64,000 bases of DNA from the IMG/VR virus record IMGVR_UViG_3300017818_000007, positions 96,001 through 160,000 of that record. One strand, 5' to 3'. Shown piece after piece: positions 37,995 through 48,169 of the stretch; positions within the stretch are counted from its first letter, which is position 1, and every line of letters begins with the position of its first letter. A program made the position numbers and the translations under genes. The DNA is from a virus. The notes under the pieces are model-generated. The model did not search any database, was not told the origin of the DNA, and saw nothing but the letters and a program-made list of their open reading frames with translations.

Positions 37995-39829
37995 TGGCAT
38001 ATAACGTTAATAAAACAGACGGAACATTATTAACAACTGTTGTAGACGGAACAGTTGATACAACTTCTGCAGATATTGCTTTAGTTGGTAGAAGGTTTAG
38101 TAATTACGGCGAAGTTTTAAACGAAAATTTAATTAAAATTCTTGAAAGTTTTGCTAATACAACAGCACCTGATAATCCTTTAGAAGGACAAATTTGGTAC
38201 GATAAACTTGAAGGACGTTTAAAAGTTTATACAGGAACTACATTTAAACCAACTGGTGGACCGCTAGTTGAGGAAACTCAACCGCAAGGGTTAGTTAAAG
38301 GCGACCTTTGGATGGATTCACTTAACAATCAATTATACTTTTACGACGGTGTTGACTTAGGACTTGCAGGTCCAATTTATACTTCAGCACAAGGTAAACA
38401 CGGTTGGATTGTTGAAACTGTTGTTGATTCAAACGATAACGGTCGCTCAATTACAAAACTTTTTGTTAATGATTTGCTTGTGGGTATTTTAAGTAGATAT
38501 GCGTTTACTCCTAAAGTAGCAATTACAGGGTTTGCAAGTATTAAAGTAGGATTAAACTTTAGTTCAACAGTTGACGGATTAAAGTTTCATGGTACAGCAG
38601 GGTCGGCAGATACTATTGCAGGTATTGATCCTGGTAATTTCCTACGTGCAGATATTGCTTCAACATCGCAATCACAGTTAAGTATTAAAAATGATGCTGG
38701 TCTAGTTATTGGTGGTGAACAAGATCTTAATATTGAAATTGTAGGTGATGTCACAACATTTAAAAATAACCTACAAAACAAAGATTTTAAAATTCAAGTT
38801 AACTCGCAAGGTAATGGCGGTATTATTGACGCACTAGAAATTGATTCTAGTCTAATGAAAGTTAACATTTTTAAAGATAAAACTTCAAGTGAAGTTGAAT
38901 TAGGTGGTAGTTTAGTTGTACAACAGAATCTAACTGTAAACGGAACAACAACGTTTGTTGATTCGCAAAATTTAAGAGTAGCAGATAAAAATATTGAACT
39001 TGCTTATGCTAGTGGATCTGAATCAGATGTACTTGCTGACGGTGGTGGATTAACACTTAGAGGTGATACTGATCACACGTTTGCGTGGAGTAGAACAGAC
39101 GAAGCATGGGAAAGTTCAGAATCGATTAGTATCGCCGCTGGTAAAGAGTTTAGAATTGCTGAAAACAATATTATTAACACAACAACTATTGGTCCTAGTG
39201 TTGTAAATTCTAATTTACAAAATGTTGGCGTTCTTACAGAATTGCAAGTTGACGACATCGATATTAATGGTACAACTATTGGTACAAGAAACACCGACGG
39301 AGATTTAAACTTTGATATTTGGGGTACAGGAAATATTGTACTTAACCCAAGAAATACAGTAGAAACTCAAATTAAAGGTGTTCAAGATCCAACTGACGCA
39401 CAAGACGTTGGTACAAAAAATTATATTGACAGTGAAATTAGAACAAGAACACTGTTTATGACAATTAACACAACTGGTATTGCAGATAAAACATCAGCAG
39501 TAGACGGTTTACCGTTTATTATGAACACACTTGCTCCGGCAAGCAATTTTGACAACGGTGCAACTGCAAGAATTTTAGCAGAAGATTTAACACTCGCTGG
39601 CGCACAAACTAATATTAACGTGACGTCTATTCCTACAGGAACAACAAACACATTATTAATTGGTCAAACAACAGTTGATCAAAATGGAGTGCTGAACAGT
39701 GAAAGTGTTTTATCAAGTGTAGCATTTCCAGATGGTATTACACTGTCAGGTAGTGCATTAGGTGTGGTAAGATCATACCATTTATTAACAGTGAGCGGAG
39801 GGGCTTGGACTTACACCCAAGCGTTATAA
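37994..39829 (+). CDS. Tail fibre protein 2
   Basis: Same N-terminal module; GTTTFVDSQNLRVADKNIEL, PTDAQDVGTKNYID fibre motifs. Confidence 0.8.
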   Translation: MAYNVNKTDGTLLTTVVDGTVDTTSADIALVGRRFSNYGEVLNENLIKILESFANTTAPDNPLEGQIWYDKLEGRLKVYTGTTFKPTGGPLVEETQPQGLVKGDLWMDSLNNQLYFYDGVDLGLAGPIYTSAQGKHGWIVETVVDSNDNGRSITKLFVNDLLVGILSRYAFTPKVAITGFASIKVGLNFSSTVDGLKFHGTAGSADTIAGIDPGNFLRADIASTSQSQLSIKNDAGLVIGGEQDLNIEIVGDVTTFKNNLQNKDFKIQVNSQGNGGIIDALEIDSSLMKVNIFKDKTSSEVELGGSLVVQQNLTVNGTTTFVDSQNLRVADKNIELAYASGSESDVLADGGGLTLRGDTDHTFAWSRTDEAWESSESISIAAGKEFRIAENNIINTTTIGPSVVNSNLQNVGVLTELQVDDIDINGTTIGTRNTDGDLNFDIWGTGNIVLNPRNTVETQIKGVQDPTDAQDVGTKNYIDSEIRTRTLFMTINTTGIADKTSAVDGLPFIMNTLAPASNFDNGATARILAEDLTLAGAQTNINVTSIPTGTTNTLLIGQTTVDQNGVLNSESVLSSVAFPDGITLSGSALGVVRSYHLLTVSGGAWTYTQAL

Positions 39830-39838
39830 GGATAAGAT

Positions 39839-42181
39839 ATGCCATATACTATTAACAGAACAGACGGAACAACGTTAGTCACACTAGCAGATGGTGTAGT
39901 TGATACAACTACGGACCTACAACTAGTTGGTCGTAATGTTGCTGGATACGGTGAAATACAAAATGAGAATTTTGTTAAATTATTAGAAAATTTTGCTTCA
40001 ACTACTAAACCACCTAAGGCGCAAGTAGGTCAAGTATGGTTTGATAAAACTGTAAACACACTTCGTCCTGCTGTTTTTGATGGTGTAGAGTGGAGACAGG
40101 TTGGATTATTAGAAGTTTCTGATCTAGAACCAAGCAATAGAAAAGAAGGTGACCTTTGGTGGGACTCAGATAACAATCAATTATATGCTTGGACAGCAGA
40201 CGGCAATGAACATATTCTAGTTGGACCACAAGATTTAAAAGGTTATGAATTTACGCAATGGCGTAGTATTCTTTTAACTGATGATCAAGGAACAAAACAT
40301 CCTGTAATGGCAGGATATATTCATAACGTAATATATGCGATTGTTGCAGATACAGAATTTACTATTGATCAAGCAGTCACACCAGTACCTAACTTTACAA
40401 AATGTTATAGAGGCACAACATTAAAAGGAACTAATTCAAACGGTGTAAGCACAGACACAAAACATCACGGTACTGCTACTGATGCAGACAGATTAGTAGG
40501 CAAAGCCGGCGACACTTATGATAATAGATTAGAAAATGAAACTATTGCAGGTGTTTACAGTTTCCAAAACAATAATGGTATTAATGTTGGTCCTAATGAT
40601 GAACTAAAAATTAATGTTGATAGTGTAAGTGGTAATGCAGGAATCAATAACGAAACAAATGATGTATTATCATTTGGTGTAAACTATACAGGCAGTGGTG
40701 CAGACAAGACAGTTTTTTATATTGAAGGTAAAGATGTAAAACCTTATGCAGACAATGAAGTAAACTTAGGTGCACCTACAATGAAATATAGAAACATCTA
40801 CGCAGATGCTATATTTTCAAACGTAGTTGGTGATGCTTTAGGTAATTTTAGTGGTACACTTACAGGTAGTGTTAACGGTAATGTAAGCGGAAACGTCACA
40901 GGAAACGTCACAGGTAATACAACAGGTACTGTAAATGCAACTGGCGGCAAGATTGTATTAGATAATGATAGAGTTATTGCTTTAGTAGATGCAGGACAAG
41001 ACGGTGTATCTGGAACATACGAAGGTTTCTTAGATGGAACATCAAGATATGTACTTGACGGTATGTATAGATCAAACAACCAAACAATTAGCGGTACTAA
41101 AACATTTACAGCAACACAAGTTTTTAATGCGGCAGTTAATGTAAACCATACGTTAAGTGCAGACAACGTTAATATTACCGAAGGTACTATTGGTAGCAAT
41201 GGAAATACAACACTTTTACAATATGTAAAAGTTGATAATTCAAATATTGAAGATACTAACTTAGTTAGGGTTGTGATTGATGATGGTTCAAGAATTGAAA
41301 ACAGTGCGTTAGGTACAGTAGGTATTCTTTCAAATGTAAAATCTACTAAATTTACTGATGCAAATAACAAGTCTTTTAAATTTATTTCAGATGACGGAAC
41401 GTTTAACAGTGCTGATAACGATACTGTTGTCACTCAATTAGCAATTAAACAGTATGTAGATGAAAAAGTTGGCGCTATTCCAAAAGATTTAACATTCCAT
41501 TTAGATACTAGAGATATGAATCTAGATGCAGTTAAAGCACAACTTGAAAGACTTGCTCCTGCAACACAATATTCTGCAGGTACTAAAGCAAGAATTTTAG
41601 GATCACATTACTTTTCAAGTTTACCTTCAGGACAGTTCTATCGTAGATTTGGAGTATTCAGTGGTATAAGGTATGGTATTGGTTTTATTGGCGGTCGAGC
41701 ATACAGTTATGTAGGTGTAAAAGCAAATGTCACAGATTTAATTAATGCTAAAAGTGCAATTACAGGATATGAATTTGTTAAAAAAGGAATTGGTGTTCCA
41801 ACAACACAACTTAGTAATGTCACCGCAGATCCGTTCTTAGATGATTTTGCGGATTCTTATTGGATTACAACTGACAGAGGACTAACACAAAATCAAGCAG
41901 ACTATATTGGTCTTCCACAAGGTGTTGGTGCAAGGGTTCTTGTTATTCAGGATGGTGTTATAGTAGGATACGGATTTGACCCATCGGCTGTTTTATTAGA
42001 CGGTATTAAATCAGATACTTTACTAGGTCGCCAAACTTATACTGGAAATGACTATGTAGTTGAATGGTTCCAACTAGGAGGAATTTTTAGTGGAGATCCT
42101 AACACACAGTTTAGTACATACAGTTATGATATAACTAAAACTATTTTAAGTGGTAGTTGGGAATTTGTAGGATATTTTTAA
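39839..42181 (+). CDS. Tail fibre protein 3
   Basis: Same N-terminal module; GNVTG repeats; divergent C-terminus. Confidence 0.8.
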   Translation: MPYTINRTDGTTLVTLADGVVDTTTDLQLVGRNVAGYGEIQNENFVKLLENFASTTKPPKAQVGQVWFDKTVNTLRPAVFDGVEWRQVGLLEVSDLEPSNRKEGDLWWDSDNNQLYAWTADGNEHILVGPQDLKGYEFTQWRSILLTDDQGTKHPVMAGYIHNVIYAIVADTEFTIDQAVTPVPNFTKCYRGTTLKGTNSNGVSTDTKHHGTATDADRLVGKAGDTYDNRLENETIAGVYSFQNNNGINVGPNDELKINVDSVSGNAGINNETNDVLSFGVNYTGSGADKTVFYIEGKDVKPYADNEVNLGAPTMKYRNIYADAIFSNVVGDALGNFSGTLTGSVNGNVSGNVTGNVTGNTTGTVNATGGKIVLDNDRVIALVDAGQDGVSGTYEGFLDGTSRYVLDGMYRSNNQTISGTKTFTATQVFNAAVNVNHTLSADNVNITEGTIGSNGNTTLLQYVKVDNSNIEDTNLVRVVIDDGSRIENSALGTVGILSNVKSTKFTDANNKSFKFISDDGTFNSADNDTVVTQLAIKQYVDEKVGAIPKDLTFHLDTRDMNLDAVKAQLERLAPATQYSAGTKARILGSHYFSSLPSGQFYRRFGVFSGIRYGIGFIGGRAYSYVGVKANVTDLINAKSAITGYEFVKKGIGVPTTQLSNVTADPFLDDFADSYWITTDRGLTQNQADYIGLPQGVGARVLVIQDGVIVGYGFDPSAVLLDGIKSDTLLGRQTYTGNDYVVEWFQLGGIFSGDPNTQFSTYSYDITKTILSGSWEFVGYF
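40895..40926 (+). repeat. 32-nt exact direct repeat, copy 1 (copy 2 at 44154-44185)
   Basis: GTCACAGGAAACGTCACAGGTAATACAACAGG in fibre genes 3 and 4. Confidence 0.85.
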
Positions 42182-42669
42182 TGTATGAAGTTAACGAAGA
42201 CTTTATTACAAATGTAGACGAAATTATGATGCTAGTAAAGGTGCATGAACAAGACGGCAAATTTACTAGAAGAGGCAAAGGCGCAAAAGAAAGGCACGAA
42301 ACAAAGTACGGTACAAGTAATTTTAGTTCATTATTTCAAAAGGATATGAACGAAGAATTAGTTGAAACTATTTGGAAGACCATACCAAATGAACGTAAAT
42401 GGTGTTCGCAGGTAGTAGTAAACAAATATCAACCTGGTGATTGGCTAATCAAACACCAAGATAGTGCAGGAGGATATTGGAAGTTTAAGTTAGTTTATCT
42501 AACACAAGGCTTGCCGCACTTTAAATACTGGGACCAAGATGGAAACGAACATCTAGTTCAAGAGAAAAAAGGAGCAATGTTTGATATGCCGATTGATACT
42601 TGGCATGAAGTGACAAAAATAGAAAAAGGTGAAGATCCAAAATATAGTCTTTGCCTGATATGGGAATAA
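42181..42669 (+). CDS. 2OG-Fe(II) oxygenase-like protein inside the fibre operon
   Basis: KYQPGDWLIKHQD (HxD)...WHEV...KYSL; true start probably the ATG at 42181 (TAATG overlap) rather than 42157. Confidence 0.65.
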   Translation: MYEVNEDFITNVDEIMMLVKVHEQDGKFTRRGKGAKERHETKYGTSNFSSLFQKDMNEELVETIWKTIPNERKWCSQVVVNKYQPGDWLIKHQDSAGGYWKFKLVYLTQGLPHFKYWDQDGNEHLVQEKKGAMFDMPIDTWHEVTKIEKGEDPKYSLCLIWE

Positions 42670-42673
42670 AGAT

Positions 42674-43147
42674 ATGGCAAACAAAAGTATGACATTAATG
42701 TTTAATAAATCCAACGGTGTAATGATTGGAGGATTTGAAACGGATCAAACGCCTTCACAATTTTTAGAAGGAGTTAGATATAAAACATTATCTTATGATC
42801 CTGACACTCATGCATATGTAGGTGATTATGCAACTGGCGGACTACAACCAATTGTAGACGATGGCAATTCAACAATTGACGAAGAACTTTTAGATCAAAA
42901 TGTTCAAGAAAATATTATTTTAGAATATCCATTATATACACAACTTAATATTATTATGGATGTTTTACATAACAATGGTGACATTGTTAAAACAAAAGAA
43001 TTCCTAAAGATGATGCAATTCATTGAAGACGAACGTGCTAAGAATAAGGCTAGAAAAGAAGTTTATAAAGATGCAAGTTCACCGTACAACTATACTTCAA
43101 AAGAAGAAGCACAACAAGAAGTCAATAAACGACTAGATTTAGATTAA
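42674..43147 (+). CDS. Hypothetical protein, possibly a fibre assembly chaperone
   Basis: 157-aa ORF between fibre genes; Y....QLNII.D..H C-terminal motif. Confidence 0.5.
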   Translation: MANKSMTLMFNKSNGVMIGGFETDQTPSQFLEGVRYKTLSYDPDTHAYVGDYATGGLQPIVDDGNSTIDEELLDQNVQENIILEYPLYTQLNIIMDVLHNNGDIVKTKEFLKMMQFIEDERAKNKARKEVYKDASSPYNYTSKEEAQQEVNKRLDLD

Positions 43148-43160
43148 GGTAAATACACTT

Positions 43161-44933
43161 ATGCCATACATAGTAAACACATATAACGGACAGCAAATTG
43201 CAATAGTAAATGACGGTACTATTGATCAAACTACTGATATTAAACTTATTGGTAGAAACTATGCTGGCTTTGGTGAAATTCTTAATGAGAATATGGTTAA
43301 CCTCATGGAGAACTTTGCAGGAACTACTCCTCCACCAAGACCGGTTGCAGGACAGATTTGGTATGATTCCGCAAACAAAGTTCTTAAATTTTATGACGGC
43401 AACCAAATGCGTATTGCAGGCGGCGCCGAAGTAGGTATTTCACAACCATCAGGATTAGCAAAAGGAGACTTTTGGTGGGAAGAAGATGGTGAACAGTTAT
43501 ATGTTTTTAATGGTGAAGATTTTATTCTAGTTGGTCCGGTGACAACAGGCGGTGAAGGAGTTTCACAGGTTAGTGTTGCAACAATTAAAGATACACTAGC
43601 AAATGATAGAACAATTCTTAAAGTCACAGTACAAGACCAAGTTATTAATATTGTTTCAAAAGACGAGTTTACTATTGATAATAGCGTAAACCCAATTACA
43701 GGTTTTAGTGCTATTAAGAAAGGTTTAAACCTTGCAAGTAAAACTACATTCCCTGGTATGCGTTATTGGGGTACAGCAGAAGATGCAGATAATTTAGGCG
43801 GTATTCCTGCTTCTCAATATATTTTAAATAGCGGTTTGCAACAGTTTAGTGATGTTGTTAGTTTCTTAAATGATAACGGTATTACACTAGGTGCTGGTAG
43901 TGATTTAAAATTACACATTACTGGTGGCGACCAGGTTAATATTACTAACCAAGTTGGTAATACAATCAATTTTAATGTTAACACAATTGGCGCAGGAGCA
44001 GTTAAAGTAGGCCAATTTACGAGTACTAACTTTTTACCTGGATCAGATAATACAGGAAGTATTGGTAATGCAAATACTAAATGGGCAACTGGATTCTTTT
44101 ATGATATAACACTAGATACAAACGGAGCATTAAACGGTAATGTTGTAGGTAATGTCACAGGAAACGTCACAGGTAATACAACAGGAACACATAACGGTAA
44201 TGTTCAATCTACTATTGGTGTAAGCACATTTAATGACGTCACAGTAAGCGGAACACTTACAGCAGATCTAACAGGTACATCAACAACAGCAACAAAACTA
44301 GTTGTTGACGGTGGAAGTGGGTATGCATCAACAACAGCAGTACCATCGGGTGCTGATAAAACATCAATTCCTGCACGTGACTCTAACGGCGAAATTACAG
44401 CCACAGTGTTTAACGGTACAGCAACAAACTCAAGTGCTTTAGATAGTGTCCCAGCAGATATTTTAGCAACAGCAAATACTATTGCTAAACGTGATTCACA
44501 AGGTGATATTACAGCACGTAAGTTCTTAGGTACAGCAACAGCGGCACAATTTGCTGACTTGGCTGAGAATTATCTAGCAGATAAAGCATATGATGTAGGT
44601 ACTGTACTAATCTTAGGTGGTGAATATGAAGTCACCGAAAGCAGAGGACAAATGGATTCAAGAGTTGTTGGAGTTGTATCAGATAAACCAGCACACCTAA
44701 TGAACAGCGAGTTAGAAGGCGAGTTTGTTGTTCCAGTAGCACTAAGAGGTAGAGTACAAGTTAAAGTTGCAGGTCCTGTACGTAAAGGTGATATTTTAAT
44801 TACTAGTACAATGGCTGGTATAGCAACAGCACTTACAGAAGATAGTGCAGTTCCAAATGCAGTATATGTAATTGGAAAGTCAATTGAATCTAATCTAAAC
44901 TCAGAAGTTAAACTAGTAGAAGTAGTTGTATAA
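43161..44933 (+). CDS. Tail fibre protein 4 with C-terminal intramolecular-chaperone/peptidase-like domain
   Basis: Same N-terminal module; ADLAENY.AD..Y.VGTV...GVVS.KPAHLMN...VALRGRV.VKV.G.V.KGD; TAAATA at 43150-43155. Confidence 0.8.
   Translation: MPYIVNTYNGQQIAIVNDGTIDQTTDIKLIGRNYAGFGEILNENMVNLMENFAGTTPPPRPVAGQIWYDSANKVLKFYDGNQMRIAGGAEVGISQPSGLAKGDFWWEEDGEQLYVFNGEDFILVGPVTTGGEGVSQVSVATIKDTLANDRTILKVTVQDQVINIVSKDEFTIDNSVNPITGFSAIKKGLNLASKTTFPGMRYWGTAEDADNLGGIPASQYILNSGLQQFSDVVSFLNDNGITLGAGSDLKLHITGGDQVNITNQVGNTINFNVNTIGAGAVKVGQFTSTNFLPGSDNTGSIGNANTKWATGFFYDITLDTNGALNGNVVGNVTGNVTGNTTGTHNGNVQSTIGVSTFNDVTVSGTLTADLTGTSTTATKLVVDGGSGYASTTAVPSGADKTSIPARDSNGEITATVFNGTATNSSALDSVPADILATANTIAKRDSQGDITARKFLGTATAAQFADLAENYLADKAYDVGTVLILGGEYEVTESRGQMDSRVVGVVSDKPAHLMNSELEGEFVVPVALRGRVQVKVAGPVRKGDILITSTMAGIATALTEDSAVPNAVYVIGKSIESNLNSEVKLVEVVV
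44154..44185 (+). repeat. 32-nt exact direct repeat, copy 2
   Basis: Identical to 40895-40926. Confidence 0.85.
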
Positions 44934-44976
44934 GGCGTTTTAAACGCATTTTAAGCGTCATACAGCGGCGTTTATG

Positions 44977-45399
44977 CTATTCGCTAGTACTTGATGTATC
45001 AACGTGCATAACGCCTATTTTAGACGCTTGTAAGAAGTCTATTCCGTCATTACTGCGGTAATGCTCTCCAAAATAAACAGTTTTTATTCCACTTTGGTAA
45101 ATCAATTTGGCACATTCAATACAAGGACTATGAGTAATAAACAGGTCAGCACCCAACCCACTCTCATTGCTACGGGCCAATTTTGCAATAGCATTTGATT
45201 CCGCGTGTAATACTTCTGGTTTTGTTTTTCCATCTTCTTCACAGCAATTATCCCATCCACTTGGCATTCCGTTATATCCATATGCAATTATACGATCGTC
45301 CTTTACAACAATAGCACCAACTTGAAGTCTTTCTGCGTGTGATAATTGTGCAAAACGTTTTGCAACGTCCATATATGCTTCTATAAATTTTTGTTTCAA
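44977..45399 (-). CDS. dCMP deaminase
   Basis: GYNG, HAESNAI, HSPCIECAK zinc motifs; TTG start overlapping the ThyX TGA. Confidence 0.92.
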   Translation of the reverse strand: MKQKFIEAYMDVAKRFAQLSHAERLQVGAIVVKDDRIIAYGYNGMPSGWDNCCEEDGKTKPEVLHAESNAIAKLARSNESGLGADLFITHSPCIECAKLIYQSGIKTVYFGEHYRSNDGIDFLQASKIGVMHVDTSSTSE

Positions 45400-46073
45400 G
45401 TAAAATCCTTAGCCATAGGAAAGATCTTAGCAATGACTTCTGCACAAGCATGAGCAATTTCCATATGTTCTTTTTGTGTGCCATTGCCGCCGCGTAATTG
45501 AATATAGTGTACCCATGAACGCAATGTACCGTTCATATAAAGTCGCGTTTTAGTAAGTCCTTCTGGTAGAACTGCTCTTGCTTGTTCTTTTGCAATACCA
45601 TTTTCAATGGCCCAGTTGTATGCTTCTTTTGCCGCTTCAATAACTTTGTGTTGCTGTGATTCCCAGTCATTGATTAGATTCATTTCTTCTTGTGTAGTAC
45701 CTAGTGCAACACTGTTTTGTCTGTTCTTTTGATCTTGTAATCGTGCGTCACGAAATACGAACATATCACCAAATTCATTTGGATTAGCATAACGCTGACT
45801 AAACTCTTGGAAACTAAACGAACGATGGCGCACAATTTGGTGTGCAATATCACGTGTAGTATTAATTTCTAAACAAGCATTAACCATTTCAAGTGGTGAC
45901 CAATGTCCCCATTTAATTAGATAACCAATTAGTTTTTCTGCTGTTTCTTTATTATATTGGTTAGTAGGGTTTGAAACTCTTGCACAAAAAGCAATTAAGT
46001 CTTGTGCGTTTTCTAATCCTTCTTTTTCAAAATCTTCTGTTGGTTTACTGTACGATACTAATTTTACACTCAT
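45396..46073 (-). CDS. thyX: Flavin-dependent thymidylate synthase
   Basis: ThyX motif RHRSFSFQEFSQRY; HWSPLE; EQARAVLP. Confidence 0.95.
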   Translation of the reverse strand: MSVKLVSYSKPTEDFEKEGLENAQDLIAFCARVSNPTNQYNKETAEKLIGYLIKWGHWSPLEMVNACLEINTTRDIAHQIVRHRSFSFQEFSQRYANPNEFGDMFVFRDARLQDQKNRQNSVALGTTQEEMNLINDWESQQHKVIEAAKEAYNWAIENGIAKEQARAVLPEGLTKTRLYMNGTLRSWVHYIQLRGGNGTQKEHMEIAHACAEVIAKIFPMAKDFT

Positions 46074-46076
46074 TTT

Positions 46077-46610
46077 TTATCCTAACGTTGTATTAAATGC
46101 TATTGATGTTTTTATCTCATCTTGATTATTTGGTTTTGATTGATGATGAATATGACCTGGAAACGTAATAATATCTCCTTCATCGATACTTATCTCATAT
46201 TCTTTATTTAAAAAACTAAAACTGGTTATAGGAGTTCCTTTAGGTAGATCAATAAAATAAACATTAGAAAATGTACAATTACCGTGAGTATGTAAACCAT
46301 GATAATCGCCTTTTGCATATCTTTGAAACCAAATTTGTGTAAGATGTAAGTTTTGTTGATCTTGAATATTAAGTTTTTGAAATAAGTTTCTATTGTAGTT
46401 TTCTAATATTGGACCAATTATATCAAAATAAGGTCTAGGCATTTCTCTAGGCATATACCAATCAGTATCAAGTAAACTTTGATTAACAGTTTCTAGTTTA
46501 AAACCGCCCATACTTTGAATAGCACTTAGTAAATCTGTTTTAATATCAGAGTGATTTAGTACTTTACTTTTAAAAATAACAAAGCCAGGAAACTCATGAA
46601 CCTCAATCAT
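46077..46610 (-). CDS. 2OG-Fe(II) oxygenase-like protein
   Basis: WFQRY..GDYHGLHTH, FSNVYF, GD..FPG.I.H...KTSIAFN. Confidence 0.8.
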   Translation of the reverse strand: MIEVHEFPGFVIFKSKVLNHSDIKTDLLSAIQSMGGFKLETVNQSLLDTDWYMPREMPRPYFDIIGPILENYNRNLFQKLNIQDQQNLHLTQIWFQRYAKGDYHGLHTHGNCTFSNVYFIDLPKGTPITSFSFLNKEYEISIDEGDIITFPGHIHHQSKPNNQDEIKTSIAFNTTLG

Positions 46611-46975
46611 TTTTTCTTTTTACCTTGTCTTTTTATTTTAAAGTTAACTTTTTTTGTAAATGCATCTCGAGATTTATTAATATTATCTACAAGGTCATCT
46701 AGTTTAATTGAAAAATCAATTGTTTCTATATTATTTTTGTGTTGTGTGATTATAGCGTTTACTCTTTTCGTAGCGACATCTAGCGAATGAGATTGTTTCA
46801 CTATTTCTTGTACGTCTATAATAAACTTGTCTTTATTTTTGAGATTTAAAAGTAGATGTTTAACAAACCGAATGGGAAGACTTTCTATATTAATTGTGTT
46901 TAGAACGTCTTCCCAATTGGCGTCGAAGTTTGATTCATCTACAAAAAGTTTTCCGCTTTGTGGACTCTTGTCCAT
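46607..46975 (-). CDS. Hypothetical protein
   Basis: 122-aa ORF, ATGA-coupled. Confidence 0.65.
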   Translation of the reverse strand: MDKSPQSGKLFVDESNFDANWEDVLNTINIESLPIRFVKHLLLNLKNKDKFIIDVQEIVKQSHSLDVATKRVNAIITQHKNNIETIDFSIKLDDLVDNINKSRDAFTKKVNFKIKRQGKKKK

Positions 46976-47529
46976 TATGCATCAACTTTTTTCCTAGTAG
47001 AAGTTGTTTTCTTTTCTGCAGGGTCAATTTCATCTGCTCTACGTCTAAGATCTACAACCTCTTTATAAAGTGCATCTGCTCTTGCTCTGTAATTTTTAGC
47101 AATAGTTTTTTTAGATGTTTCTGAAGTATCTGTTTCTTCAGGTTTAATTGCTAACTCAGATACAGCCACACCTTTTTGATTAGCAATTTCTTCGTTAAGT
47201 TTATCAAGTGTAATCCAAGTTTCCTTTTGTGGAGTTGGAGTCATTGTAATGTCCGCTGTTGGAACTTTAACAAGATTACCTGATCTACTTAAAGTTGCTA
47301 AAATGTTAGAGCCGTCTGAAAATTGTCTTACAGCAAGTACAGTAGCAATTTCAAATGCTTCTTGACCGTTGTTAGATTCAACTACCTTAAACACATCATC
47401 ATGATATGAAGGGTTTAATCTTTCAACTGGAATTACTAATGCACTGTAAGGATCTCCCGGCAATGTTTTATAAGCAATTACAACTTTCTTACCATTATAA
47501 TTACCTACGTGTTTGATTGCTGTTGCCAT
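46975..47529 (-). CDS. Hypothetical protein
   Basis: 184-aa ORF with GGAG RBS. Confidence 0.7.
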   Translation of the reverse strand: MATAIKHVGNYNGKKVVIAYKTLPGDPYSALVIPVERLNPSYHDDVFKVVESNNGQEAFEIATVLAVRQFSDGSNILATLSRSGNLVKVPTADITMTPTPQKETWITLDKLNEEIANQKGVAVSELAIKPEETDTSETSKKTIAKNYRARADALYKEVVDLRRRADEIDPAEKKTTSTRKKVDA

Positions 47530-47541
47530 AAATTTTTCTCC

Positions 47542-47856
47542 TTAAGATTTAGGTGCTTCAGCGGGTGCTTCAGTACCTTCTTTTTCCTTTGGTGCTACTG
47601 CGTCAAGGAACTGTGTCAATCTGTTGTATGTATTACCAACAACTGACATTTCCGCCGCTTTGAATGTTCCACGTGAACTAGCAACATCAATGATTGTTTT
47701 TAAAGCCTGCAAGTCGGTCACAGTTAAGTCTGGAGCCGCTGGATTAGCAGGATTGGCAGGATTGTTTGGATCAGGTTTAACCTGTTCAGCCGTTTCTACC
47801 TTCGGCGCTTCTTGTGTTTTTGTTTCTTCATTCATATATGAATCTCCTTCGTACAA
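47542..47856 (-). CDS. Hypothetical protein
   Basis: 104-aa ORF. Confidence 0.65.
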   Translation of the reverse strand: MYEGDSYMNEETKTQEAPKVETAEQVKPDPNNPANPANPAAPDLTVTDLQALKTIIDVASSRGTFKAAEMSVVGNTYNRLTQFLDAVAPKEKEGTEAPAEAPKS

Positions 47857-47860
47857 TTAA

Positions 47861-48169
47861 TTATACAATTTTAACTTGGTCGGTTGCAAGAACTGAACAA
47901 GCCAAACTAAAATAAGACACTTCTGAAGCATCTTCAAACCCAATTTGGTAAACATTTTCCATTTTATTGTCTACCAAATACAGATCTTGAATAATAGCAA
48001 ACCTTCCATTTAGGTTATTATATATCCAATCTCTAATATTATCAATAGTGTTAGTGTAATTCCATGATTCAATTTTGAGACTTAACTTTTCAAAATGAAT
48101 AGGCATAGTATCTAATTCTCTAATGTCTAAAACATTTAAAGGATTAGGATCCTGAACTAATAACCTCAT
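47861..48169 (-). CDS. Hypothetical protein
   Basis: 102-aa ORF overlapping the VWA gene stop. Confidence 0.65.
   Translation of the reverse strand: MRLLVQDPNPLNVLDIRELDTMPIHFEKLSLKIESWNYTNTIDNIRDWIYNNLNGRFAIIQDLYLVDNKMENVYQIGFEDASEVSYFSLACSVLATDQVKIV

Noticed and set aside
40798-41433. 211-aa antisense ORF in fibre 3 (and similar antisense ORFs at 4660-5040, 36632-36955, 57528-57827)
   Set aside because: Antisense shadows of strongly biased coding sequence; no RBS or promoter, unnatural composition.
42157-42180. ORF-track start of the 2OG oxygenase (MGICRIFL)
   Set aside because: It overlaps the fibre gene; the TAATG-coupled ATG at 42181 is more plausible.
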